Assembly: GCF_006345805.1 (NCBI RefSeq)
Contig: NC_043000.1
Span: 43,462,001-43,526,000 of the forward strand
Origin: Octopus sinensis
Taxonomy: Eukaryota
DNA: 64,000 nucleotides
Reading direction: 5' to 3'
Shown: positions 24,877 to 36,420 of the stretch, in pieces
How the letters are laid out: every line of letters starts with the position of its first letter
Position numbering within the stretch: the stretch's first letter is position 1
Notes under the pieces: model-generated
Told to the model about the DNA's origin: nothing
The model's database searches: none
The model's input: the letters and a program-made list of their open reading frames with translations, nothing else
Program-made: the position numbers and the translations under genes

Positions 24877-27002
24877 AGTTAGTTAGTTAGTTAGTTAATT
24901 TTTTGTATCAAAAAGCAAAACGTAAGGCCATGTAGGGAGACATGGAGTTATGTACAGGGTGGTGATCATGTAAAGAGTTCAGGCCACTTGAGGTCAAGGG
25001 AGACTTTGAACAAAGCGGTCGTCGGCATCTTCACCATCTCATCTGGCAGCTTGTTCCACGGATCCGCAACACGGACGGAGAAAGCCCCTCTCCATCGATT
25101 GAGATGAAATCGTCGCAGATAGAGCTTTTCGGAATGACCTCGCAGCCGATGCTCTGGAGAAGGAGTGAAGAACAGCTCTTTGGAGAGGTTACACTTTCCG
25201 CTTATGATGTTGTGATCGAGAATGAGATCTCCACAGCGGCGGCGTTTTTCTAGAGAATGAAGTTCGAGCGTCTTCAGCCTTTCTTCATAAGACAAATTCT
25301 TGAGACCATGAACCATGCGGGTAGCCAGCTTCTGGACTCTTTCGAGATGCTGTATGTATTTGAGGAGATAAGGAGAATATGCTTAAATCCCGTACTCCAA
25401 TATGGGTCTCACCAGCGTGACATAGAGCGGTAGGAATATGGCTGCTGTGAGCATTCCGAATTACCGTCGAATCAAGAACAGAATTCCGCGTGCTTTGTTG
25501 GCAGCATGGACGCACTGGGCAGAGGGCGAAAAGGAGGAATCCACCAAGATACCCAGGTCCTTTACCTGATCGGTCCTCTCCTGCAGCAGACGATCCGGCT
25601 CGAAATCAAGTTGTGTTGCAGGAGGAGAGACAACAGGCAGATGACAGCACTTTGACACGTTCAGACACAGGTCCCATTCGTTAGACTATCTCCAAACTTG
25701 GTGGAGGCATCGACGAAGATCCTCTATATCACCGCAAGGAGCGACCAGTTTGACATCGTCGGCAAATAGAAGGGTGTGTTGCGTGAGGTCGTCGGGCAAG
25801 TCATTTATGAAGACTAAGAAGAATAAGGGCCCAAGCACTGAACCTTGAGGCACGCCACTGCTCGCACTGGAGACGTCGGATTGCGAACCATTGACTTGGA
25901 CTTGGAAGGAGCGATCTGAGAGGAAGGCACCAACCCATCGTACAATATCCGGATGGAAACTATATGCTTGAAGCTTGACAAGTAATAGGCGGTGGTTTAC
26001 CGAGTAAAAAGCTTTGGCAAAGTCCAATAAAACGATGTCAACCGCATCACTATCATCGAGGATGCGCGTCACCAATTGTTCCATTACACGTAAGTTGGCC
26101 AAGCATGATCTCTTCGGCATGAAGCCGTGTTGGGAATCAGAGATAGAGGCTGTGTTTTGAAGGTGGAGCATAATACTTTTCTTAAAAATGGTTTCGAAAA
26201 TCTTGCTGATTATTGATGTAAGGGAAACCGGTCGGTAGTTAAGCGGGACCTCGCGGCTCCCTTTCCTGAAAATTGGGCAGATTATCGCTGTTCTCCAGTC
26301 CGCAGGTATAACACCCGTCGCAAATGACATATTGGATAGACGTGTTAAGGGCTCGCAGATGACCGGAGCCAACGCTTTGATAACCTGTGGGTGTATGCCG
26401 TCAGGGCCGTGACCCTTGTTGACATCGAGGCCTTGAATAACGCGTTTGACTTCGTCCCGCGTGATGACCAATCGAAGCATTGGAGGTACCGATCTATCAA
26501 ATGGAGGGGGTTCACGACCATCATCTTGTTTGAAAATAGTTGAAAAAGCCTCGGCAAATAATTGACTCTGTTGATAAGGGTCCTCAATCGAAACGCCTGT
26601 TGAGTCTAGCAACGTTGCAATTTGGTTGTTCAAGCGAGAATTCCGTTGGACATGGGCAAAGAAGGTTTTTGGATTGCTACTGGGGTTTGCCGCGATTTTG
26701 TATTCATATCAGAAGCGTTCTTCCTTTTCAATTTTCACGGCTCAGTCTCGTTGGGTTTTGTACACCTCAAAAGCTGCAGTCGAATCCAGATTTTTGAATT
26801 CAGCCCAAACAATATCTCTGAGTCGAAGTTCTCGTTTAACCTTCTTCGTCACCCAGGGCTTGTGTTTCTTCTTCTTGAGAAGCCCAACGGGAACTGCCTG
26901 GTCAGTCAACCAGATTACATATGCTTTGAGGGATGACCATAATTCGTCAACTGATACCGTAGAACATACAGCATATGAATGTTTTTTTGTGTACGAGTGC
27001 AC
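24877..27002 (-). mobile_element. 5'-truncated CR1/L2-group LINE
   Basis: ORF2 pieces 26742-27002, 25686-26633, 25461-25658 and 24966-25316 (LSYEERLKTLELHSLEKRR...GDLI); short 3' UTR with a hairpin and a (TAAC)n tail at 24877-24898. Confidence 0.92.
25686..26633 (-). pseudogene. LINE ORF2 reverse transcriptase domain (315-aa open stretch)
   Basis: GPDGIH, NYRPVSLTSIISKIFE, QHGF, LDFAKAF, SGVPQGSVLGP, LFADDVKL. Confidence 0.93.
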
Positions 27003-27124
27003 ATATAAGGTTCGCTTTTATATCTTCCGGACGCCAAATCTTGTGTTTTGCTTCTCTGTGGAGGAGGCAGGAAGTAGAAGGTATGTTGTCATATATATAT
27101 ATATATATAAATATACACACATTG

Positions 27125-27496
27125 TCGTTTACTTTTTTAGTCATTAGGCGGCGACCCCGACTTGAAGATGTTTTAGTCGAATGAATCAACATCAGTATTT
27201 ATTCAATGGGTTGACCATACCGAAGTGCTGAGTTGCAAGCTCGTAAAAAAAGAACAAAATGCCCCCCACACACACACACATACACACACGCAGAAAGAGC
27301 ACATACACACAGACACAGATGCGCACGCACAAATACAGACCTCTTTCAGTTTCCATGTACTAAATCTCTACTAACAAAAAATATGTCGACCGGAGAGTAT
27401 AGCAGAAATCATTCTGCTCAAGTGAACACGCAGTACGACTGGACCTGGCACCATGTGTTTAGGAAGCAAGCCTTTTTGCACACAAGCACCGCAGCG

Positions 27497-27498
<2 letters not shown>
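27125..27498 (-). mobile_element. SINE family A, degraded
   Basis: Same order of tail, (CA)n and head as the reverse complement of the 49472 and 53199 copies. Confidence 0.55.
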
Positions 27499-27536
<38 letters not shown>

Positions 27537-28309
27537 TGTGTGTGTGTATGTGTGATTGTGTGCGCATGTGTGTGCATTTGTATATATGCGTATATTTAAG
27601 TATATATGTATACATGTATATGTACATATATATATATATATACATATGCACATATATATATATTTATATAGATGTATGTGTATATATAATTATATATATA
27701 AAAAATATATTATTATTGTATCTACATATATATATATATGTATATATGTGTGTGTGGGGGGGATTGTGTGTGTGCGCATGTGTATTTGTGAGTGTGTATG
27801 TGTGCATAGATGTGTCTGCATATGTTATGTGTACGAATAAAAGCTAAAAGCAAGGTGAAAATTTCAATCAAATAGAAACCTTTCAAGGTATCTTTTCACT
27901 ATGCAACTCTATAGATAATATTCAACAATATTAATATATTAATGCCATTCTACCAAATCATTGTCCATTGAATGTGTAATAGAATTTTGAATTCTTGGTT
28001 TCAAACAACTGGTTCGATGAAAGTATGTCTATTTCATATTCAGTACCTTTTAGGAATGAACAATTCCGTGTTTTTTTATGCATATATGAATATCAAATAT
28101 AAAAATAAATTTCACTCCTATTTCTGCAAGCCAAATACATTATCGAAATTCGTACATCAACGTTCACAAAAGTATGACATCGCTTGATTGTAAAGAAAAA
28201 CAAACGTATTTAAAAACTTATATATCATTATAAGTATTATAATCGAGTGATATTTTATATTTACCATGAATATTTAGCGGCAGCGATAACATTTTTATTA
28301 AGTGTAAAC

Positions 28310-28680
28310 GTTAACCAACGAATAACCATATGTCGATAATTCAGCCAGCTATAATTAGCAATCGATTTTCCATGAAATCTCACGAAAACCGATGAAGACC
28401 CTCACGTTTGTTAATGTACAAGAATTTTTGCGCATGAAAATTTTAAAGGCTGTGCCGGTAATAATTAGTGCTTTGGGAATAAACAGCAAGTAAAAATATA
28501 GACAAATGGTTGATGGAGAGATTGGAACAGGAAGTCCTGTAGAACTTCTTGCCTCTTAGGGACCGGAAAGATCATCAAGAAGGTCTTAAAAATTTGAAAG
28601 ACTATTGAAAACTTGCGGATTCGTAAGCAGTTAACCACATAAATTCTACCAGAAATAAGGACGAAGCTGAGTCAAGACAT
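28310..28680 (+). mobile_element. R4/Dong-like RLE retrotransposon 3' fragment
   Basis: MKILKAVPVIISALG ... LGTGKIIKKVLKI*, followed by an (AAT)n array. Confidence 0.6.
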
Positions 28681-28693
28681 AATCATCATCATC

Positions 28694-28731
<38 letters not shown>

Positions 28732-28805
28732 TAATAATAATAATAACAATAATAATAATAATAATAATAATAATATATAATAATAATAATAATAATATAA
28801 TAATG

Positions 28806-28837
<32 letters not shown>

Positions 28838-28847
28838 AATAATAATG

Positions 28848-28912
<65 letters not shown>
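28681..28912. repeat. (AAT)n/(GAT)n microsatellite
   Basis: Directly visible. Confidence 0.95.
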
Positions 28913-28914
<2 letters not shown>

Positions 28915-29748
28915 TCAATGCCTAAATGTCTACCTACAACGAGCTATCTGGTCAACATATTAAAGAACAGCAGCTGCCCAACATGTCGTGTATGTAAACA
29001 AGAAAATGAATCCATACATTGATCATGCTGTTCCCATGTGCAGTCTTCTTGCGCCTACAGAGCATCTCAACAGGCATGATAGAGCGGCACAAGATATTCA
29101 CTATGTAATTTGCAAAACCCTGGACCTGCTCCATGATAAAAAAAAACTGGTGGGAACACAAACTACCTCCAGTGATTAAAAATGATCACATCTAACCTCC
29201 TCTGGAGCTTCATCGTTCAAACTGACAGAAAAATAGATGCGAATAGACCAGACAATATTTTGAAAGACTTCAGACAAAAGACACGCCCCTCCAATGATAT
29301 GACTGTCCCAATCGACATTAATGTATCCGTCAAGAGCTACCAAAAACTGAGCAAGTATAATTACCATGAAATAGAAATTGGTGACATGTGAAGTCTCAAA
29401 ACTAAAACAATGTCTGTTGTCATAGCCGTCATAGGAATGATAGCAATAGGAGCTGACTGTTACCTAACTCGGATACTAGGAAACCCTAAAAGACAGAAAT
29501 TCAAAAGATAGTACTCATGGGAATTGCCCATATCCTACATAAAATACTGTTCATGTAATCTCAAATTTTAAAACAAATTTATAATTTTCATATGTTTTCT
29601 TAAACATTCTCCAGTACAATACTACGTGCAAAACCAAATATATGACACCCTAGGCATAACATCAACATGAACGTCTAACATATTGTCTCTTGAGCTCTCT
29701 GGATGAGACTTGGAGTCAACTTGTACAGATACAAAGCAAAAATCAAAC

Positions 29749-29750
<2 letters not shown>
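28913..29750 (+). mobile_element. R4/Dong-like RLE retrotransposon 3' part (CCHC, restriction-like endonuclease, 3' UTR)
   Basis: CRVCKQENES / DHAVPMCSLLAPTEHLNRHD / QTDRKIDANRPDNILKD...DMTVP...KLSKY; flanked by (TAA)n on both sides. Confidence 0.85.
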
Positions 29751-29809
<59 letters not shown>

Positions 29810-29855
29810 TAATATAATAATAATAATAATAATAATATAATAATAATAATAATAA

Positions 29856-30170
29856 TACCAAAAACTGAGCAAATATAAAGATCTTGAAATAGAAATCAGC
29901 AAAATGTGGAACCTGAAGACTAAAACAATACCTATTGTCATAGGTTCCCTAGGAATGATAGCGAAAGGGGCTGATTGCTACCTAACTCAGATACCAGGAA
30001 ACCCCAAAATGGCAGAAATTCAAAAGATAGTGCTCATGGGAACTGCTCATATCCTACGCAAAATACTCTCTATGTAATCCCAATGTTTAAAACAAACTTC
30101 TTTTTTTTTTATTTATTTATTTTTTAATTTATGTATTAGACATTCACTAGTACAGCACCAAAAACACCAA
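29856..30170 (+). mobile_element. Second, shorter 3' copy of the same RLE element
   Basis: YQKLSKYKDLEIEISKMWNLKTKTIPIVIGSLGMI...EIQKIVLMGTAHILRKILSM*, homologous to ~29338-29640. Confidence 0.85.
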
Positions 30171-31760
30171 AAAGTAAGCTGAGGGTAGTGTGCCATATTC
30201 TGAACGAAATGTGTAGATTAACTCCATAAATATCAGATTTATGAATAGCACTCTCCTTAGTGCATGTCCGCTATTGACGACATTATATGAACTTGTAAAA
30301 ATGGTGCTGAGGATAATTCTGTTACAGAACAAAAGGAGAAGATATGCATTGTTTTAAATTGCAGCCTCCCAGGTTGAAGAATGTTGTTGGAAGAATATTA
30401 TCCGTCTGGGTAAATTTGCTTTTTATTTGGCTTGCTTAGGTCGTTGAATTACATTAGTTTCATTTAAGTGTACGCTGAGATAAAAAAAAACCCAGTCAAT
30501 TTAGTGCTACGTGAAATAACGCAATGGAGGTTCTGTTAAAGATGCAGCTCCAGGCACTGCAGTAATAACGTTATCAGATTTAAATACTTTTGAATATTTA
30601 GTAATAAAAGGTTAATACATAATGGGGAAATTGAATTATGATTCCTGTAACAATGACTCTGATGCTGTGAACTATAATTACAAAACAAAGGACAAACATG
30701 AATGACAAAAATAAGAATAATTTCGTATAATACAATATATGATTCCGAAAAAAGAAGATTTTTCTCAATCTGGGATGTAAGATAGCTGCAAATCACTTTA
30801 AAAACAAAATAACAATTGTCATGTTATAAGTTATTCACATTTTCATTAGCAATTTTTCTCTTGGCATGCTTTCTCTGATAATTCTTTTGCGCATTATGCA
30901 TTCTGCCGAAAGGAAATTTTTCGTTACGGCTGTTGATTACAAGAAGACAGTTGTGAATTATTTTGGAGTACCATTACGATTTTACAAAATTCGCTTCTAT
31001 ATTTACATTTGATAATTTTTCACCTCACTTATTACAGATATGAAGTCTATTAACCAGAACGCTGAGTTCAAATATAACCATTAAGAGGACTTAGTACTTT
31101 GAAATCGTCTCTTTTTCTTTTCTTCTTGTCGCGCAACAAAGAATTATTAGAAAGCGAAAAAAAGTGTTATGTGAAAGACAGAAAACTCATTGACCCGTAT
31201 TCTGGTAATTATATAATCCATAAAAAAACACTAATTGGAAGAGGATACTTAGAAAATTGTCTTTAGATCATTTCGATGTTGGAAAAATATGTTTATGATA
31301 TATGGGATAAAATTACTAGATATGAAGAGCAGGCACAGACGCTTGGTATTCTAATACCCACTTAAAAATTACACCAGCGCAATTGCCAGAATAGAGTGTT
31401 AACATCAGATTACATCCACGAAGCGTTAAGACCTTGGAATGTTTCGGTGTAATCTTTTATAAACCGCATCTCTTCTCCATACATTACGCTCTGAGCGTAA
31501 CAACATAAAGTTACGTTTCTATTATTCATAGATACATTGGCGTCATAATCAGATGCATTTGGCCTGGGAGATTTGATGTTTAGAATTTTATAATAGGTAT
31601 TTTTATTATAAAACCGTCTTTTGATTAAAAATTCCTTTTCTTCTATGACTTATCTGGGCAATAAAGCTGAAGTTTTGCATTTATGTTAGTTATTTCATCA
31701 TAAGAAATCTAATTATACGGAGACAACGAATTTCAACGTTATGAATATATATATATATAC

Positions 31761-31804
<44 letters not shown>

Positions 31805-31812
<8 letters not shown>

Positions 31813-32219
31813 ATATTTCGGAATGGTCATATTGCCAGTTTAGCCAATAAAAACACACGCACTATATATTTGGTGTTATTTTGCTTCAGTGATATTTATT
31901 TTTTACATTAATCTTAATCTTATTTCGGCCAAAGTTCTTTCGTCACACTCCTGTGACCGCATCAGTGGTCCTTTGTTTTCTTCTCACTTACTTGTGTCTC
32001 TCCTTACTAACCGTTAGTAAGGAGAGACACAAGTAAGTGAGAAGAAAACAAAGGACCACTGATGCGGTCACAGGAGTGTGACGAAAGAACTTTGGCCGAA
32101 ATAAGATTAAGATTAATGTAAAAAATAAATATCACTGAAGCAAAATAACACCAAATATATAGTGCGTGTGTTTGTATTGGCTAAACTGGCAATATGACCA
32201 TTCCGAAATATAACAATAT
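31805..32219. repeat. 415-bp near-perfect palindrome (207-bp arms, centre 32012)
   Basis: 31805-32011 is the reverse complement of 32013-32219; I saw one mismatch (aataaaaac vs aatacaaac). Confidence 0.95.
32053..32097 (+). ncRNA. Hammerhead-like motif (mirrored on the minus strand at 31927-31971)
   Basis: GGACCA-CTGATGC-G-GTCACA ggag TGTGAC-GAAA-GAAC-TT-TGGCC; A9 replaced by C. Confidence 0.6.
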
Positions 32220-32317
32220 CTGTTTCAACACACGACTTCACATTAAAAATCTTGCACAACAAATATTTAAACGTATATATATATATATATATATACATAT
32301 ATATATTAATATTTATG

Positions 32318-32470
32318 TACGACAAGGTTCTTTTAGATCCCGTGCCCCAAATCCACTTCCAAGGCTTTGGTCGGCCCGCAGCCACAGTAGAAGACAGTTC
32401 CCAAAGGTGCCGGGCAATGGAACTGAACCTGAAACCATGTGGTTGGGAAGAAAGCGTTTTACTATACACG
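32318..32470 (-). mobile_element. SINE family A head fragment
   Basis: Reverse complement matches the head of the 53199 copy (ccaaccacatggtttcaggttcagttcc...ggccgaccaaagcc). Confidence 0.75.
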
Positions 32471-32474
32471 TACG

Positions 32475-32523
<49 letters not shown>

Positions 32524-32524
32524 G

Positions 32525-32588
<64 letters not shown>

Positions 32589-32756
32589 TCATTTTCGATT
32601 ACAAATAAAAGACACTCGACATTTCTATCGAAATACCTCTGGAGACTATAACAAAAAAGATTCCAAGCAGTGACCTGAACAATGAAAACAACAATAATGA
32701 TAATAATAATAACATTGAAAAATACCAATGAGAGCCCAGGTTCGAAATTTCCCCAA

Positions 32757-32808
32757 GACACCTGAAGAAGGCTGGAGGGTATGTCAGCCGAAAAGTTGTA
32801 TTAACAAC
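32757..32808 (+). ncRNA. Degenerate hammerhead-like motif in a probable PLE terminal fragment (~32590-32890)
   Basis: GACAC-CTGAAGA-A-GGCTG gagggtatgt CAGCC-GAAA-AGTT-GTATT; core and stem II intact, stems I and III imperfect. Confidence 0.55.
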
Positions 32809-33725
32809 AAACATGATGAGGACAAATATCCGCCGAATGTAAATAATATAAATATTGTAAATAATGTAAATATTTCCACAATTTTCAATATTAATATGTT
32901 CTTTGCACGTATAACACAACAGCTGCAACTACATATTGGATTGTAATAATAGAACAGGTATATGTGTTTCAGGGGATAGCAGCTGGAATTTCCACTACCT
33001 GCCCGCCCGTTTGCCTGCCTGCCTACCTATTTACATACATACCTGCATACAAACATAGATACATACATACGTACAAGCATGCAAACAGACACACAGATAC
33101 ATACATATAAATGTATATATATATGTGTGCGTGAATGTGTGTGAATGTGTGTGTGTACATACACATGAATACGCACACACACAGCCACATAAACACACAT
33201 ATATTGTTTCCTTTAGAACCTTTCGGAAGTTTAAGTTTTAAGACATGAATAATTGTGATAATATACCATTTTGCAAAAGATCCCTTCATTCTTGCAGCAT
33301 TAATCACGATCCTTAGATTCGCTATAACTAATTGCTTGAATATGCTTTTTGTGAGGCATTGAAATTTGCAAGGTAAAATTTTCATATTGTATATATTTAA
33401 ATAATTCATTTGAGAATATACAGAATGCAAATGCAGAAGAAATCATTTAAAACTATCTCGCAATCAGTACATATCAGAAGCGACATTCTGATTTATGTTA
33501 ACATGTCTCTAGAATCTTTTTGTACGTGTAATGACATTAAATCTACATTCACCAACGAAAATACGAACTTCTCTATATTCATTCTGTATGCTAGAATTGA
33601 CAGTCCTATCGACAAAAATTCCACACTGTAATTTTAGATTGCATGTTTATATTTGAGTCCCGATATCTTAATAAATACACGTATCTTCTTAATTCAGTTA
33701 GTTCTTAGTAGATCAGCGTTTTGTA

Positions 33726-33985
33726 TCTTCTTCTTCTTCTTCTTCTTCTTCTTCTTCTTCTTCTTCTTCTTCTTCTCTTCTTCTTCTTCTTCTTCTTCTT
33801 CTTCTTCTTCTTCTTCTTCTTCTTCTCCTTCTTTTTCTTCTTCTTCTTCTTCTTCTTCTTCTCCTCCTCCTCCTCCTCTTCCTTCTTCTTCTTTATCTCC
33901 TTCTCGTCGTCGTCGTCGTCGTCCTCCTCCTCCACCACCGCCACCACCGCCACCACTGCCGCTGTCACTACTACGACGACCACCA
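33726..33985. repeat. (CTT)n polypyrimidine array grading into CCT/CGT/CCA triplets
   Basis: Directly visible. Confidence 0.95.
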
Positions 33986-34084
33986 GAGTTAACGTTATAT
34001 ACCACGCAATTTTCATTAGCGCATGTGATATTTTTGAATGGCTACGTCCTATATAACTGTGATCTGATTGAGTTCCCTCTATTT

Positions 34085-35770
34085 TCAACAATATCAATGT
34101 TGAGTTTGGTCTCTTTCAGAGCTTTCCTAAATCTACCGGCTAGTTTCCCATGCGGGATGACCTCTACAAACATCACTCCTTGACATTGGTCATCCCTGTA
34201 CCATCTGTTTATTTTGTTTGCCTTGTCACAAACTCTCTGTATATTATTTCAGTCTTTAGCTCTGTATCTATGGCGGGTACCACTGGTTTCATTATATATA
34301 ATGCTATCTAACTCCTTTCTAACTAGCCTGTATATACGAATCCTATCTTTCAGCTCATATCCAGGAAATAACATGCGGTGCATGAAGTTCTGTACATGTT
34401 TCCTTGTTTCATAGCTTTCGCATATGAGGGACATGTTATTCATTATCCTAAATAAGTCTGCTATCAGTATGTTGATTTTCGTATTGTGTGACAAAGCTGA
34501 GTTATTGTGAAGAACGTATTTAGAGGCTCTGGGCTCTGAATGGAGATGTGGCACACTGTTGTTTACAGTCTCGAACCAAAGTTCAATATCAAAGACAAGA
34601 AGTCTATTGTTAGGGTACCTAGTGGGGTAATCTATAGTTACCTTGATACTTTGGTGGATGGAGTTAACTACGTTCTGGATGCTCTCATTATGCTCTCATT
34701 ATGCTCCTCTCGGTCTCTACACTACATTTTCTAGGATTGGCCTAACTAGAATATTGATCTCTTCAACATACCTACAGTAAAGAAATACAAGCAATACAGT
34801 TGTGGATTATTCAGCTAAGGATTGTTTAAGTTTTCTGTCCAACCAGGTCATGAAGAAACCAGCTATATCCCCAGCCGCACGGACAATAATGGCTGCACCT
34901 TGAACCTGCATGTATAGTTTCCCATCAAACTTCACTATGTCGTTCTTCAATGTGGTTCATACGCTGGCTCCTACAGCTTGCGCAATCATGTTATTTTCAG
35001 CTGACTGTTGTTCACCGGTTCCTAGGTTGGTATGGTACAGCCACTCCAGCACTCCAGCGGTGCTTTTCTTCACTGCCGAGGTGAGGAAGGGCGGTTTTCC
35101 TCTCTGTAACCTGATGAGACAGAATCTACTTAGGTCATGGTTGTGTAGATAGTTACGGTCATATCTTATAGTGTAAGGAGGAAGCCCAGTTCCCTCGTGT
35201 TGACTTCGCGGCTCTCCAGTATCACAGCAAAATCTACATCTATAGATGGGTTGAGTAAAACCACTACACAAACTGCGGGGTCACTGGAATGGTTGCAAGT
35301 ACTGACTCTACTGAGAAGATCCTCTCTGCTCACACATACATCTGGGGACATTTCAAGGAGTGGTAGTAACACCTGTGAAAGGAATTAGGATATAATTGCT
35401 GAAAATTGCTGGAGATATTCGCTCCGCAAACCGGCCAGTTTGAGGGCCCGTAACAGAGTTTATGTAGGGTTTATGGTCCTTTGGTAATCCGTACAGTGTA
35501 GCAACATTGTTGTGGAATGCTTGTAAATTTTGTGCAGTCCGTTTCCTGGGCTGCAGTATGTTGCACCACGTTCCCAGGTCTGCACTGAGAAATTTTTCTT
35601 CTATTTCATGTTCCTGTGGTGCAACCTCTCTTGTGTTACTGATGTGCTGTATCATAGCTTGGACATAGTTTTGTGGGCTGTCTATCGAAAGTCTGCCAGA
35701 CCTGACCGTGGGGAGGCACATTAAGTCCCTATTCCTAATTCGCTGTTTCAGTTTTAGCAGGCCTTTCACG
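34085..35770 (-). mobile_element. Second Penelope-like RT remnant (distinct family)
   Basis: PTVRSGRL (TDKSG-like), LYGLPKDHKP, KFDGKLYMQVQGAAI, RYVEEIN (YVDD-like), NSALSHNTKINILIADLFRIMNN. Confidence 0.75.
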
Positions 35771-36117
35771 AAAGTTAAAATAAATAAGAGGAAATATGTT
35801 TATTTTGAAAATTGGTGATTTTGGAGAGTTGTGTATTGTGATTGTTCTATATTCGATATAGGGTTTGTAGAGTGCATACAATCAAGAGTATGCGTTTAAA
35901 AAATTGTCTACTTTTATTGAATAAAAGATGTGTTAATGTTACACCATATTAACCTTAAACAAAGCGTCGTTTTTTAAGGAGTCGAATGGCATAAAGAAAT
36001 ATCTTTATTTCCACAAATATTGTTCACAAAAAAGTATGAAAAATCAATGGAAAAAACTTTAAATGAAATAACAGACATTGTGGTGCCCAGGGTGAAATAT
36101 ATGAATGACACACATTC

Positions 36118-36130
36118 ATTTATATGTATA

Positions 36131-36175
<45 letters not shown>

Positions 36176-36209
36176 TATATATGTGTGTGTGTTTGTGTGT
36201 TTGTATATA

Positions 36210-36251
<42 letters not shown>

Positions 36252-36420
36252 TATATATGTGTGTGTGTGTGTATGTATATAGATATGTATATATATGTAT
36301 ATATGTATATATATGTATATATATATACAGATGTATACAAACATATATATGCATATATTCACACACACACATATGCCTACCTACATACATTCATATATAC
36401 TCACGCGCACACGCATAAAC
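36118..36420. repeat. (TA)n/(TG)n/(CA)n compound microsatellite
   Basis: Directly visible. Confidence 0.9.

Noticed and set aside
27233-27847. 204-aa ORF and the many similar YI/CV/HT-repeat ORFs across the window
   Set aside because: Translations of dinucleotide microsatellites.
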